Assembly (NCBI GenBank): GCA_043228905.1
Contig: JBHGNT010000160.1
Location: 1 to 63,822, forward strand
Length of the DNA: 63,822 nt
Direction of reading: 5' to 3'
Source of the DNA: Azolla caroliniana
Taxonomy: Eukaryota; Plantae; Polypodiophyta
Shown here: piece after piece, positions 51,364-63,822 of the stretch
How the letters are laid out: each line of letters starts with the position of its first letter
How positions within the stretch are numbered: position 1 is the stretch's first letter
Program-made: the position numbers and the translations under genes
The notes under the pieces: model-generated
Told to the model about the DNA's origin: nothing
Database searches by the model: none
What the model saw: the letters and a program-made list of their open reading frames with translations, nothing else

Positions 51364-54300
51364 TTACAAAAAGTAGTTGACATAGTCATCAAAATCTGTA
51401 TGCAACATTTGTGGTTCTTGTGTTTGCCTACGTTGTTGGATTGTATTTGATTGAAGGGACAAAATGAATGGAGCCATATGGCCAACCCTTTCTAATCTGG
51501 CTTGCTTTGTACTTGAGCGAAGCGATATCACTTCCTCTAGTTGATGATGAATTTGATGTTTTTGATTAAAACGACCATCGTGGCATCTAGCTTCCTTGCA
51601 ATATCCACATAAATCATAGCCTACTTTTTCAGGGCAATCTCTACATCGATATCGTCTTCCCACAATTGGAAACATCTGCAATGCATGTCATATCATATAA
51701 ATTATTAGTACACACACATCTCACATCAATATCTTTACAATCATTAGATGTAGTATCAATTTAGTTATTCCATCACAAGAATAAGGTTTTACAACAACAA
51801 ACATTGTTGGAACAAAGTGGCTGATTTGTTGAAGACAGTAGGAATGTGTTTTTGTTTGTTTGTTTAAGGAATCATCTAAGTCTGTTTATAAAAAAATTTA
51901 TTTCATAAAATTCCTTTTCAAACTCCTTTATTTCTTTACACAAAATGTTAGGTGTACCGTGTGTACATGTAACTCGTCTTTAAGAGCTAAATTTAACATA
52001 GGTGGTCTTCTTCTTTGCATTCTACATTGGCTTGCAATGGTAGATTATGTGTGCAATGTGCACATTCAGTGGCCTTTAAGAATCGATGGCAAGGACTTCA
52101 CTTATTTTCGGGTACAACTACTGGTCCGAAGTGGAATTATGCCATAGCTTCTTTTATGTTGGATAGCTGATAGTATTGTTTTACTTGTTTTATATATGAC
52201 ATCATCAGTTTGATCAGATGCTTATACTAACTTTTGTATCTTACAATAATAAGTGAGATGAAATGTCTCCTTCTGTTTTCTCTATGTATGTATAGTTTTC
52301 AAGTAATATATACTAAGGTGCATCTTTCATTTTAAAAAAAACAACAAACCTCAAATTTTGTCAATAAACTTATGAAACGTACCCCACAATTGTCGCATCC
52401 CACTCCCTTGTGAATTAAATCAAGTTGTTCCTCTTCCACAAGACCATCTACATGTATCCCATAAACAGAAAATATGGTGTCATAAGATTTACAAACAACA
52501 AGAAAAATGTTTAACGAAACTTGCAATTGCTCACAAGGTTACAAGGGACAACACATAGGACTACATAGGATGAAATAGGTGAATAATTGTTGTGTAGGTG
52601 TAGGGGGGTTAGTAGCAAAGTTAATGTGTAGAGTGGTGTGTGACATATGACATTGATTGGTCATTTACCATGTCAACATGTGCCCCATAGCAATAGGATG
52701 TTGAAGTTGGATTTGAAATAAACAACTACGGAGAGAATCAAGATTCCAACCTTGAGGAATTGAGAATCTTCTAGGGCCTAACATATCAAGGTAACATAAT
52801 GGGCCTAAGATAATCTTGATGGGGTGCTAACACTCAGTTGATTATGCCAAAGGAAATACCTACTCAGAAAGAGGCAAATGTTTCGAAATGGGATTTGTCC
52901 CATGTTGGGAATTGTTTGTAGATCTATATTAGGACAAAGGAAATTGTCCCCTAGGTTTGCCACCAGTGGCATGGATTTCCTAATTATGACTAGAGACTCT
53001 TTAAAATTTTGATGGATAGGCTACTAGATAATTGAAGTGCAAGTGGGCAAGGTAGTGCTCCTAAGCCAAACCAAGGAGAAAAAATGAGGGAAACTGTAGT
53101 GAGAGAAAGAGAGACCCTACTATATTATAATTGATTCATCACAATGCATAAGGTTTCATCACATTCATATATAATACAATTTATTGAAGGGTAGGGATAG
53201 GCCCATGTATTATTGATGGCATATCATACTTCCTCAAATGCCACTCTTATTTACCATAATTCTACAAATTCCATTCTAGTTTACTGAATTCCTGAAACAC
53301 CACATAATTTAATAGGGTGCTTACAAAAACTACCACATTTTGAGAAGTAATTGTTATTTATAGGAAGGCACATTGATTTCCTCAATCACCAAACCACTTG
53401 TAGGTTTTAATTAGCAATTAATAGTCCATGTTTCACTACTTTTCTCATACTTCCATCAATCATATTATTGGGTCTTCAAAATTTTGAATATTAACCTTGA
53501 AGATTCAAATTTGCCGAATAATGCCTAGTAACTCTTGGAATTTGGTAAATAAGAGTAGCACTCTAGGAATTATGGGGAGCGAAAGTACCATACTGATAAT
53601 ATCCCGACTACAATTTACACTCACCATCAAGACTTGGACGATGTTTGGTATCATCAAAAGTATCTTCAATGAAATGAGAAGACACCTCGTCTTTCCGTTG
53701 TTGATATTGGATTGGAAACCTCATTTGCAAGTAGTAATGTAGTTCCAAGCATACATAGAGTGATGCCCTAGAATGGTGACACTCACAAGAAGGGCATTTA
53801 TTTAACCGGATGGTGGAATTTTCAGTATTCAAGCATGACTCGCAAATTGCTACAAAGTTTCAAAAAATGTGTTAGTCTAGAAGCATATTTCTAGAAATAA
53901 AACACCTAACATACCATAGATTGTTCCAACACTTGGTTGGTTGGGCCCCATACACTATGCCTATTGAGAAAAGGCGGTCAATGTTTAAAAAAAGGAAAAA
54001 ACATGCCTATCGTTGTGCTTTTATTGCGGGAACAAAAATGTGAGTAAAATCTTGTTTCTATCTATGTTTTGAGTCAAATTTTCAAATAATACAAAATTTA
54101 TGAGTGCAGAAAGCCAACTTAATTGTTAGTATGCCTTTCTAGAAGATTTATTTTTGTCTCAACATCACAATTATGAGGGTTCTACAATAACCCCAACAAA
54201 ATCACGTTTTGTTCTAGATCATGCATGTCAAGATTTTATAGTGGTATCATTGGTATGTAGATCTTATGAGTTGAAAGGCCAACAAACTATAGATATTAGA

Positions 54301-56192
54301 AACTATCATCATGCACGAGATGGTGGGGTCATCACCTATATGATTGACAACACCATTTTATGTAACAAAAGGCATGTGCCATCCCTAAGGTGATGCTATT
54401 TTTAATCTCAAAAGCCCCTCATGTTCTACATATACTAAGAGTTGTTCTTAGTGACTCATTCTTTTCTATGAATTATATAAAATGAAATTAGAATTCACTC
54501 ACGCTTTTTCCCTTTGGTCATTTAGAAGTATCTCCATGGTTCATTTCGAAACTCATTTCAATAATTGAAGTAATAATGTAACACTTTCTTTTATGTAATT
54601 TAGTAATGTTAACTATACCAGTCTTAAACCACATGGGAAAATTGCTAGTTAATTAATTGAATGATGTTATTTTGTTTTATTTTGTTACAATAATGTGTGT
54701 GTGTGAGAGAGAGGCGTTGTAATTTACCTTCACCACAATTCAAGACTATCGGTCTATAGAGGAGTTTATCGCATAGTGCACATGGGAAGTCGTCCAAGGA
54801 AGGAGCAATGTCATTTGCCTTGTCTTTAACCATATGTTCCAAGGTGTTGGGTAGCATGGTAGGTTTCAAAACACGCAATGATGGATTGGCTCCAATTTCG
54901 TGCTCATGATTAATTATTTCTCTATGACAATCTATCTCCTTTGTTGATTGTTCATTTTTGGCATATATAGGAAACAAGTCAAACTTCTTTTTATGTGAAT
55001 TAGATTGTTGATCAAGTTGCATGGATGTTGGTGTCTTATACACATCAATTAATGCTTGGTTGTACATTCCAAGGTTGCCCATTCTTGGTGAGAAAACTTG
55101 TAGTCTTTCCTCCATTCCAAGGTTGTCCATCCTTGGTGAGAAAACTTGTAGTTTTTCCTCCATTTCTATAAGATCATATTATATTTTTGAGAGAAAATAA
55201 TATATTAGTGGAAGACTAACCTTAATTCATGCAAAAAACTCAAAACTTTACCATTACAATTTCACCATGGAACTTCCTTAATCATTTCGTGCATTGCAAT
55301 GAAGAGGTCTAATAAAAATGCCTACCAAATAGAATTGGGAAGGTTACATTCTCTAGATAGAGGGTAAGTACATATAGAAATTGGCGCTATTAACAAAGCA
55401 AATGATGGGTTGATGAATAAGTTTTATGCATTGTTTTTGTGAGGAAAATTGACAAATTTGTCGAACTCTTGACATCAGAAGTTCACTATAAGCAAGGTTT
55501 ATTAACTAGGTTTGGTGGGGGGAAAACAATTTGTAGGTGCTAGGTACTTAAAAAGAACTTTTTTGTGAACTCACATGTTCTCTAAAATAGTCACATATTT
55601 ATGACTTTCCCCAATCAAGGACTCATATGAGTTATCTCACCTACCGAAGCTCATGGTGATGATTCTACGGCTCGAGTATGATGAACAATTATCAATGATA
55701 TGGTTTATATGAATAAGATACCTTGGGTTTCAAGAGCTCGAGCAAGGTAGTCGTGAGGGAATGCGATGTTAAGGAAGCGATGCAAGAGCGTGCAAACACG
55801 TGGGAAATGGATGTATGATCGTCTACACATCGGGCACTGTGACGGCTTCTTCGAATCCATTGCCTTGTGGACACACCAGAAACAAAACATGTGGCCACAG
55901 GCTGATAATATAAAGTTCATTACATTCAATACCCACAAAAGAACACAAAAAGAAGATTAGATGTGATGTATATATTTGTATACAAGAAGAAGAAGAAGGA
56001 AAGGAGATATGGATGAATAATACTAACATTGGACGATGGGTTTGTAAGCTAAATCCCTGAGAGTGAAATAAAAAGTAAATTAGCATAGTTAACTTAAATT
56101 ATTTATTTGTTTAAAAGAATATTTAGATTTATTATTAAAGAGAAATCTTACAAGCAAATCAAACATTGAAAGTTTTGTTGATGATTTTCCAT
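51364..56192 (-). CDS. PRT1: PROTEOLYSIS1-like N-degron E3 ubiquitin ligase (RING-RING-ZZ), ~429 aa, 7 exons
   Basis: MENHQQNFQCLICLDLAYKPIVQSCGHMFCFWCVHKAM..CPMCRRSYIHFPRVC (RING1), CALCDKLLYRPIVLNCGEAICESC..CPSC..VCLEL (RING2), IHKGVGCDNCGMFPIVGRRYRCRDCPEKVGYDLCGYC..GRFNQKHQIHH (ZZ). Minus-strand exons 56192-56152, 56056-56028, 55901-55722, 55165-54728, 53849-53625, 52447-52383, 51675-51364 (1290 nt, in frame). Confidence 0.92.
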
Positions 56193-59100
56193 GAAATGTT
56201 TGCATAAGGAGGAGGAGGAGGAGGAGGAGGAGGAGGTGTGTGTGTGTGTGTGTGTGTTTGAATAAGGAGACTTTATGTAATATATACAGATACAGATACA
56301 AAAACAACTAACGAAGTGTGTGACCAGTTAGGAACTCCTTGTGGTTAGCAAAAGGTTTTCTCCCCTTATAATTGTGTGGGTCATTTAGTGATGATTCATG
56401 ATCATTTATATAGACATCTTTCTTGGTTGGAGAGGTCAAGGTTTGTGTATCAAACTTGACCAATGATGGATAAATGAAGGTATAAAAGTCTTATCATCTT
56501 CTAGTGTTTTTAAGGAATTCAAAATTTCATGCTTCTTTGTTAGGATAGATGATTGTTGACCTTGTCATGTTCTCATAAATTACCCATTTTCCAAATTCTA
56601 GTTAGGATGCCACAAACTCTATACATGCAACCTTACGAGTCTAATTGAGTCAAGTAAGCTTGACTTGACTTGACTTGATGTTTTATTGGGAATATTCGTA
56701 AGAGCTCCTTTGTATGGTTGAGAATTTGTGAGTATTTTGAGTTTGTTTTTTTTTTCCAAAATAAAGCTACTTTCCCATTTTGAGTTTGTTTTCCTTTTAG
56801 AAACATTAAAGTAATCATCAAACTACCATCATCCCCCCTTTCTAATGAAAGTTGTTACAAAACACTATTGAAACAAGGGAACCTATTATACGGATGGACT
56901 TTGTTCTTTATGAACCAAAATGTGAAGGTTCAATGGTATGTCCCCCGAGTTCTACATTTTGAGGGGTTTAATGTTGTGAGCTCATGTTTCATATGACCAC
57001 ATTGTTGGGCTACAATATCATAAAATACATTTTGTTGTATGTTTCATTGAATGTTATATTTTCTTTGCAAAAAACGTTTCTTTTCTAATTGTCTAGATTT
57101 AGTAACACCACATAATGAGACGTTCTTTATGGCTATTTTGCTATTAAGAAATGAATAGTTTCTCCATCGAATTGAAAATATAATAAAATCTACCTAATAT
57201 AGAAGCTTCTAGAATGTGAAAATAAAGAACTTTGTCTTTCACGATTGTAAACACTAGTCTCACAATTTAGGTCAAAAGAGAGTTGCTCGATACATATTAT
57301 TCAATATCATCACCAAATGTGGTTGCTATGTGTTGGGTACATCTTGATTATGCAAATAGTAAACAAAATTATAATTCATGTCATTCAATTTCTAGAAGAT
57401 TTGACCTGTGACCGCAACATTGAAATTATGTTGTTCATTCTTTATCTTATCCTTCGTCGATTAATTGGTGGTATATGTACGTGTATATATAAAATACAAA
57501 AACTAAACTTTTATATTTATGCAAAATTTGAATGAATATACCACTCTCGCCTCTTTACTTTTTACGAAGTGAAAGTTTGAATGTCCTTCCGAAACTATCC
57601 TTTACTTGATTTATTTTTCCAGAAAAAACACTACTTCGCATTAGTTAGCAAACAAATTACATCATAGACCACCAAAAATTCATCAACCCTCACTCTGGCC
57701 TTCTCACCAAAGTGGTCATAGTCCCGACTCCCCACCTCATTTTCAACAAAAGTATCCCAACAACTCTTATAACCTAGTAATTTGTACCATATCTATACAT
57801 ATTTACAGCACCTGGTCCCTGGTGGAAGCCATTGGCGGAAACAGCCATCAGGGTGCTTGGTAGTTATGTTGAGTTCACAACATAAAAATTTCATTCTAAA
57901 GCACAATGTTAGAGTCAGTAGAACATACACAAGAACACGGCATCATGTGTTAACCCATAGTGAGAAAGTGACTCCCTTTTAAATACTTTCTTATAACTTA
58001 TTTAAATACTAAACTTCAAGCGGATAATGGTGTGGTTTGAACTTTGTGGTTTAGATATGGGTTGCAGTTCCCAATAATCCGTTCGATAATTTGTTCATTA
58101 TAAAAACTTTTCTCTTAGAAAAAAATAGAAATAGAAATTTACAAGATAATATAATATTTGCCTTCCACTTAGAATTATTGCAACATCAAATCAAACATTT
58201 AGCACTAAACCATAATGTAAAAGCATTGAAAGTATACTTGTCATTAGCATACACTTCAAAGGTCTAACCTATCATCTCTCTTTCCCTTTGAAAGATTCCC
58301 TCTATTTATCTAGGCTTTAGTGATCAATTTCTAATAATGATATTGATCATAGTAGAAGCACCTATGGAATGTGAGATTGACATTAAGTAATCACACATAT
58401 GGCTCATGTACTTCTCAAACTATATATGTTATTGTCAAGATATTGTGGTTTTCTTCCTCTTTACTTTTAATGATAACATACACTATCTCTCTCTTAGTTA
58501 ATGCACACAATGAGAATTGAATTGGTATCACATAGGTATAATTATAAAGGTTTTACGGAAATAGTTTCATTGGCTTTGATCATTCCACCATAATGGTGTC
58601 TCTAAAGAGTATTAATGTGCATCTCTTCCTCACAAAACCTTGGTAGTTAATTCTAAAGCTAATTTTCATGGTTTAAGGGTAGGAATCAGGATAAGTGGGG
58701 AACTAGTTACATGGGAGCGTGGGAGTTGGTACAAACCCATAAAGACCAATGTGTAAGATGATTCGTTATCCTTACCAAAATCTACTTTCTTCTCAAGGTT
58801 TCTTCTTGAGAACCACCATATGGACATACCATCATTTACCTTTTTGTTAGTGAGACAAGGGAGAGTGAGTGTTAATCACTGTCTATCTACTTACTCACAA
58901 AGTTACTTCTAAAGCAAACTTACTCTTCAACTTAATCACACATACAAGACAAGGCTTTTAACTTGAGGTGAATTAGAGTTTACCATGTTTTCATGCATTC
59001 AATAGACGAACAAAGGGGCAAGAATTCACCAACTTGGTCTATCTTTCATTAGTTCACGTAATATAATTATAAGTGATTAAGGATACAAAGATTAGGATTT

Positions 59101-60804
59101 TAACTTATAATTAGAGAAATGATTAAGGAGAGAGAGGCTTAATATTTAGCTCTAGGGAGATATATCAAATGAGGAAGAACCCTTGTAGAAGGTTTATGAC
59201 GTCACCTTTCTAGTTCTTCCTTATTTAACTAAATTAAAATTGTGTCTCTTTCACACATGTGAAGGTTTACCGATTTGTAAATATTATTATTTTGTCCCAT
59301 TACAATGTTAGACTCTCTTTCTCTATATTGTCCCACTTATATAATGAGTCTTCAACATATCCCTAGATTGTAGCATTGTTGGTGAGATATCTAAGAGATA
59401 CTTAACACTACAACAGAGTGGTTGTTTGGGAGCCTAAAAAAGTGACTAGCTATCCATTTTATTACAACATCTTGAGATGTTGTCAAGATTTTGTAGATGA
59501 AGTAAACCATTCTTCTTTTGAATTCGTTTGTATCAATATCCAAGGCAAGGTGAATGTGACATTGATGATATTTTATGGTCTTCATTTGGGGTTGGTAAAT
59601 GTGGTTAAACGTCCAAGCTTCCTTGATAGCAGATTTGTCACTTTTGGTGAGGAAAGGTATAACAACTTTTTGTTTATGATAAGTAGTAGTTGATAATGGT
59701 TCTACACGATGCCATGGAGAGGAGGGTCAAACAAGGACATTTTCATATATGTGATGAAGTTGACCATAGTCGAATACTATTGATAGACTTTGCATGGATG
59801 AACTAAAGCTTATGTAGTGAGGCTCAAGTCAACCCAAACAATCATATAAACATCTGCCCTTTGTAATAATGGTTGGTGATTATAATCCATCTATTTTTAT
59901 TTTTATAGTGATGAATAAATTCCAACCAAACATTGTAAGGACTAATGAGGAAACAATATTATCTATTGATGCATCCTCATGTTTTTGCACAATACTTAAC
60001 AATATTTTGTCCATCAAAAGTTTTCTACTTTGATGGTGTCGAAGGATCAAACACTCTTTAATAAAGTATTAATTCTAATTGATGATTAAAACGTAATAAC
60101 TAATTATCAACATAAAATGATGGGATGTTAACCACAATTTGTTAATGGATAGTGACATTAATAATCATCAACTTTTAATCATCTTAAAGTTGCAATGTTG
60201 AGATTTGAAATTTCGAAAGTGTGATATCTTTGCGAGTATTGGAAACTTGAGTGGCATTTTAAGGGGAGGAAACAATACCCAAGTACCCCTTTCCATAGTT
60301 CATTATTTCCCCAACTACCCCCTCAATTCACGCTCTTCACCAAACAACCACATGTACCACTCAAGAGGCAGAGGAAGAGGAAGAGGAGGAATAGAGATTT
60401 AACTCATTAAAAGGGTAATTCCTCGTGTAGTGTGTATGGACGCTCTTTTGGGCGGGCAGGCAGGCGGGCATTCATGGACATATAATGAGAATGGCGGAAC
60501 ATTTCGTGACAAGAAAGGAAAGTTCATGAGAGAGGGGGGGGGGGTTAGTTTTTGTTATTTTGGTAAGCCTTTTTTCTCCTCATGTTTTGGGATGATCAAC
60601 CTTAATGGTGGGCATTTGGGGAATTATGATAAATTAGGGAGAGAAAGAGAAGGGGTGGGGGTATATTTGGTATTTCCAAAAACCATGCTCTGTGTGTGCG
60701 TGCATATACATACATATGTATATAAATGGATGTATGGAAACAGAGAATTTCTTCCCTTGAGAAGCTGAAGAAATCTTATCCTCTTCGTGGTCCGAACCAT
60801 CGCC

Positions 60805-62990
60805 ATGAAAACACTGCTGGAAGCTCCTCGCCACAGTCTCAGGTAAAAAGAAAAAAGCAGAAAGAGAAACACACTCCTCAACTCTGTCTCTCTTTGCTTT
60901 CCTGTTTCTACATCTCTATCTCTCACACATTCACATGTATATATGACTTGTTGTGTTACTATGGAAATAACCCACCATTTCTTTCTTTCAGTTTTCCATC
61001 CACTATCAGAGAATCGGACCTTTCTAGGTCTTTTCTTGGTATTGTCAAGACCTCATCTCCATACATACCCGTGGATGATATTCACGCCAGAGGACTCATT
61101 CTCATGCATTCTGCTGGACTGAAAGAAGCAACGCCAAATTTAGCTGAGGTGTCGAATAAGAAGACAAACGTGAAGGCGAAGATAGCATTGAAAGTGGGAA
61201 GAAGTAGTAAATTTAAGCCGAATTGTGATGAAGAAAACCAGTGGTCTTATGTGATGAAAGATATCGAAGAGACAGGATCGGTTTCACTTGTTTTTGGAAC
61301 TTATCGTAAATCTGGAAAACTTTCCAAGGAGATGGTTGTTGGCACTCTTATGCAATTCAAGAAGCTCAAAGACTGGAAATCAATTGTGGAGGTAAGCTTC
61401 TTTTTTGCTCCTTTACTCCCATATTTTGTTTTGTGCTCGAATGGTAGTACTTTTGTTGTTTTGTTATGATTCTAGTGATTATGATTGGTGAATATGATGG
61501 GTTTTGTTAACCCTTAGGGTAGATGATTATGATGTGTGTTTGTCAGTTTTTCTTAGGATGGTCTTTGTTGAGCTCGAGTTAAGAATATACTAATGAAATG
61601 CACTTTAGGACATGGACTCTAGGAAATATAAGAATTGTAGGTAGTTGAGGAGTTCCAACGACATGACCTTGAATATGTGTTATTGTATTTTCTTAAGTCC
61701 ATTTGCTAAAGTTCAAGATTTAGGAAATATGAAGGGTTACAACCAAATTACCTCGAATGTGTCGCTATCACATTCGTAAAGTCCGTTTGCAGATCACATG
61801 TAGTCAGGGGGCTACAACCACATGACCTTACATCTGTTGTTCTCCAATTTCCAAAGTGCATTTCCTGATTTTACCGTTATCTTAAAGTTTAACAGATTTA
61901 GCTGCCAAAAGTTTAGTCTAATTGAGCGGGGAATTCTACTTTAACTTCAATGGAGCACATACTGTGAAGAATTTCTGTTACCAAGTGGAAGTTCACAATA
62001 CAGCACAATGAATTATATCATGACCATGCCAGTCCTAATTTTTTCAAGTTTATTCACTAATAGAATCATGATATTTTAGTATGTAACATAATCTTTAGAT
62101 TAAATAACCTTTTCCCATTTAAAATTTTGCACCAATTGGACTCCTACAATAAAATAAAGTGATGGTCAGATGTATCATGCATTTAGATGCCCATCGTATA
62201 AGTTTAATCTATTCTCAATAGATTGTATAATTATGACAATATATAGAAATTATACTCCGAATCGATTGGAATGATTTCATAAATAAGGGGATGCCCTTGT
62301 TATAGTAATATGCTTTCTTTCTGGTTTATTGAGTAAAATGGCATCTTTACGAAGTGCTCTCTTTCTAGATATTGGAATGGCTCAAACAGCAGAATTGGTG
62401 GACATTCAGTGAGCTGGATTACAACCTCATTATTGCTGCATATGGAAAAATGGGTGAATATGAGAAAGTGCAGAAGATGATGAAAAAAATGGAGGATTCA
62501 GGTTTCAAACCGAACGTTGCATCTTATACATCTCTAATTGAAGCTTATGGCAGAAAAAAACTCTTTTCTGAGGCAGAGGGTATCCTTGACAAAATGATGA
62601 AAGAAGGACCGAAACCTACCCAAATAACATATCAAACAATGATCGGAGCTTTTGTAAAGGTAGAAAAAACTAGACACAATTCTGGTCGTCCGAGATTGTT
62701 TTGACTCGCAGATTTTTATTGTCTTTTGGGTTTCGTTTTTGAATTAGGGTGAAAAATATGAAGATGCAGAGAGGTTATTCCAGAAGATTGAAGAAGAAAA
62801 TATTGTTAAACCCGATCAAAAGATGTTCAACTTGATGATACATTCTTACGGGAAATGTGGAAAGGTAGAAGAAGCTGCAAAGCTATCAAGAAAGATGAAA
62901 GCCGTGGATGTTCCATTATCAGTCATAACCTTCAATACATTGCTTTCTTGTCAACCATCTGTGAAAGATACAGAGAGTGTCTTCCGACAG
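60805..62990 (+). CDS. P-class pentatricopeptide repeat protein, At3g59040-like (5' four exons; gene continues beyond the window)
   Basis: Exons 60805-60842, 60992-61391, 62369-62659, 62748-62990. W..VMKDIEETGS..VVGTLMQFKKLKDW..EILEWLKQQNWWTFSELD, then PPR motifs YNLIIAAYGKMG, PNVASYTSLIEAYG, KPDQKMFNLMIHSYGKCG. The start codon is ambiguous (60726 versus 60805). Confidence 0.88.
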
Positions 62991-63081
62991 GTATTGGTCA
63001 AAGAGTTAACCCCAAGCCTTCTTATGTAGTTTAATCACATAGTTATTAATTCATCTCAATCATAAACTTGTAGAGACTGAT

Positions 63082-63822
63082 ATTAGAATTAGAATTACAA
63101 TTTTTATCGTCCATAAAGAGACCAATTTTGACCTATGGGACCAAAGTATACATGTGTTCTTGATATGTGTCTCCATCCTAAAAAGGGGTATTTATAAATT
63201 GAAGTACAAAGTCTCTATGTGTGACTAAAGCATACACATATGAGCTCAACCTTCTAGATTGTGTCTTAAGTATGGCACTTAAGTTATCACTCCCTCTTAG
63301 TATGTCAGCACATCTTGAACGAATTGCGCTATATGGCGAACATGTGAAGAGCAAGTGACATTCATCCTCTACCATGCCTTCATTGCATACTTTACATGCT
63401 TTCAAATTCGTTACATTTTGATGCCATGATGCCAACTTCAATACCTAACCTGTGAGATCGAGTGCGAAGTAGCGTAAGGGCTCTATGAGCATTACAACTC
63501 ATATTGGTAATGAGATAAGGTTGGATACAATCAATAGGCATTCTTGCTTTATATTGAGACCAACATTTGGGGTTGACATTTGCAATGTAGTATTCTAGCT
63601 TTGTCCTCTATGCATCTTCTCACTTCATCCTTAATGATTACACCAGCCTTTCCTCAATCATTACATACTGCACAGTATCACCCGAAAGCTCTAAAAGATT
63701 TTCCATACCCCATCTTCTAAACCATTTTCTTATGTCAACAACCCAACCGGATGAATACACTGTAGTGTTTGATTCATTATATAGAAATCCTTCTTATATC
63801 TCTCCAACATATTATAGTGTTT
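63082..63822 (-). mobile_element. Degenerate LINE 3' portion (RTE-X-like) inserted antisense in PPR intron 4; continues past the window
   Basis: Minus strand reads ..W*..TKLEYYI..QPYL..LLRTRSHRLGIEVG/SW..CKVCNEGMVEDECHLLFTCSPYSAIR (CCHC finger), with stops and a frameshift. The 3'UTR ends in a (TAATTC)n tail at ~63098-63082. Confidence 0.82.

Noticed and set aside
57600-59900. Possible old retroelement debris between PRT1 and the PPR gene
   Set aside because: Short ORFs without diagnostic motifs; no paired LTRs, PBS or TSD identified.
12301-62990. Gene set as a functional (operon-like or biosynthetic) cluster
   Set aside because: LUG, GEX1, peroxidase, IQD, PRT1 and PPR share no pathway that I can support; this looks like an ordinary gene neighbourhood.

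Overview
Eukaryotic, AT-rich land-plant nuclear DNA with spliced genes. A fern or other non-seed lineage is my inference from protein divergence and repeat content, not proven. I manually assembled five complete, apparently intact multi-exon genes: LEUNIG/LUH-type co-repressor (+, 18 exons, ~921 aa), GEX1/Kar5-family nuclear-fusion protein (+, ~671 aa), class III peroxidase (+, ~349 aa), IQ67-domain protein (+, ~698 aa) and PRT1-like RING-RING-ZZ E3 ligase (-, ~429 aa). The 5' part of an At3g59040-like P-class PPR gene runs off the right end. Two housekeeping genes are disabled with introns intact: SRP receptor beta (two frameshifts) and plastid KAS III/FabH (frameshifts, stops, catalytic His>Tyr, a 4x151-bp exon amplification, lost C-terminus). 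Mobile DNA includes a nested pair of antiparallel Copia-type LTR elements, an older Copia remnant, a 447-bp hAT MITE with a perfect 8-bp TSD, and two 3' ends of one RTE-X-like LINE family. No tRNA, rRNA or CRISPR was found. I cannot support a wholly new multi-gene system. The best leads are an ATGGCG-repeat-initiated overlapping upstream ORF on GEX1, a splice-controlled alternative N-terminus of the PPR protein, the composite LTR element, and loss of normally invariant residues in the peroxidase and PRT1. All family assignments are from remembered motifs, with no database search; exon coordinates were read by eye.
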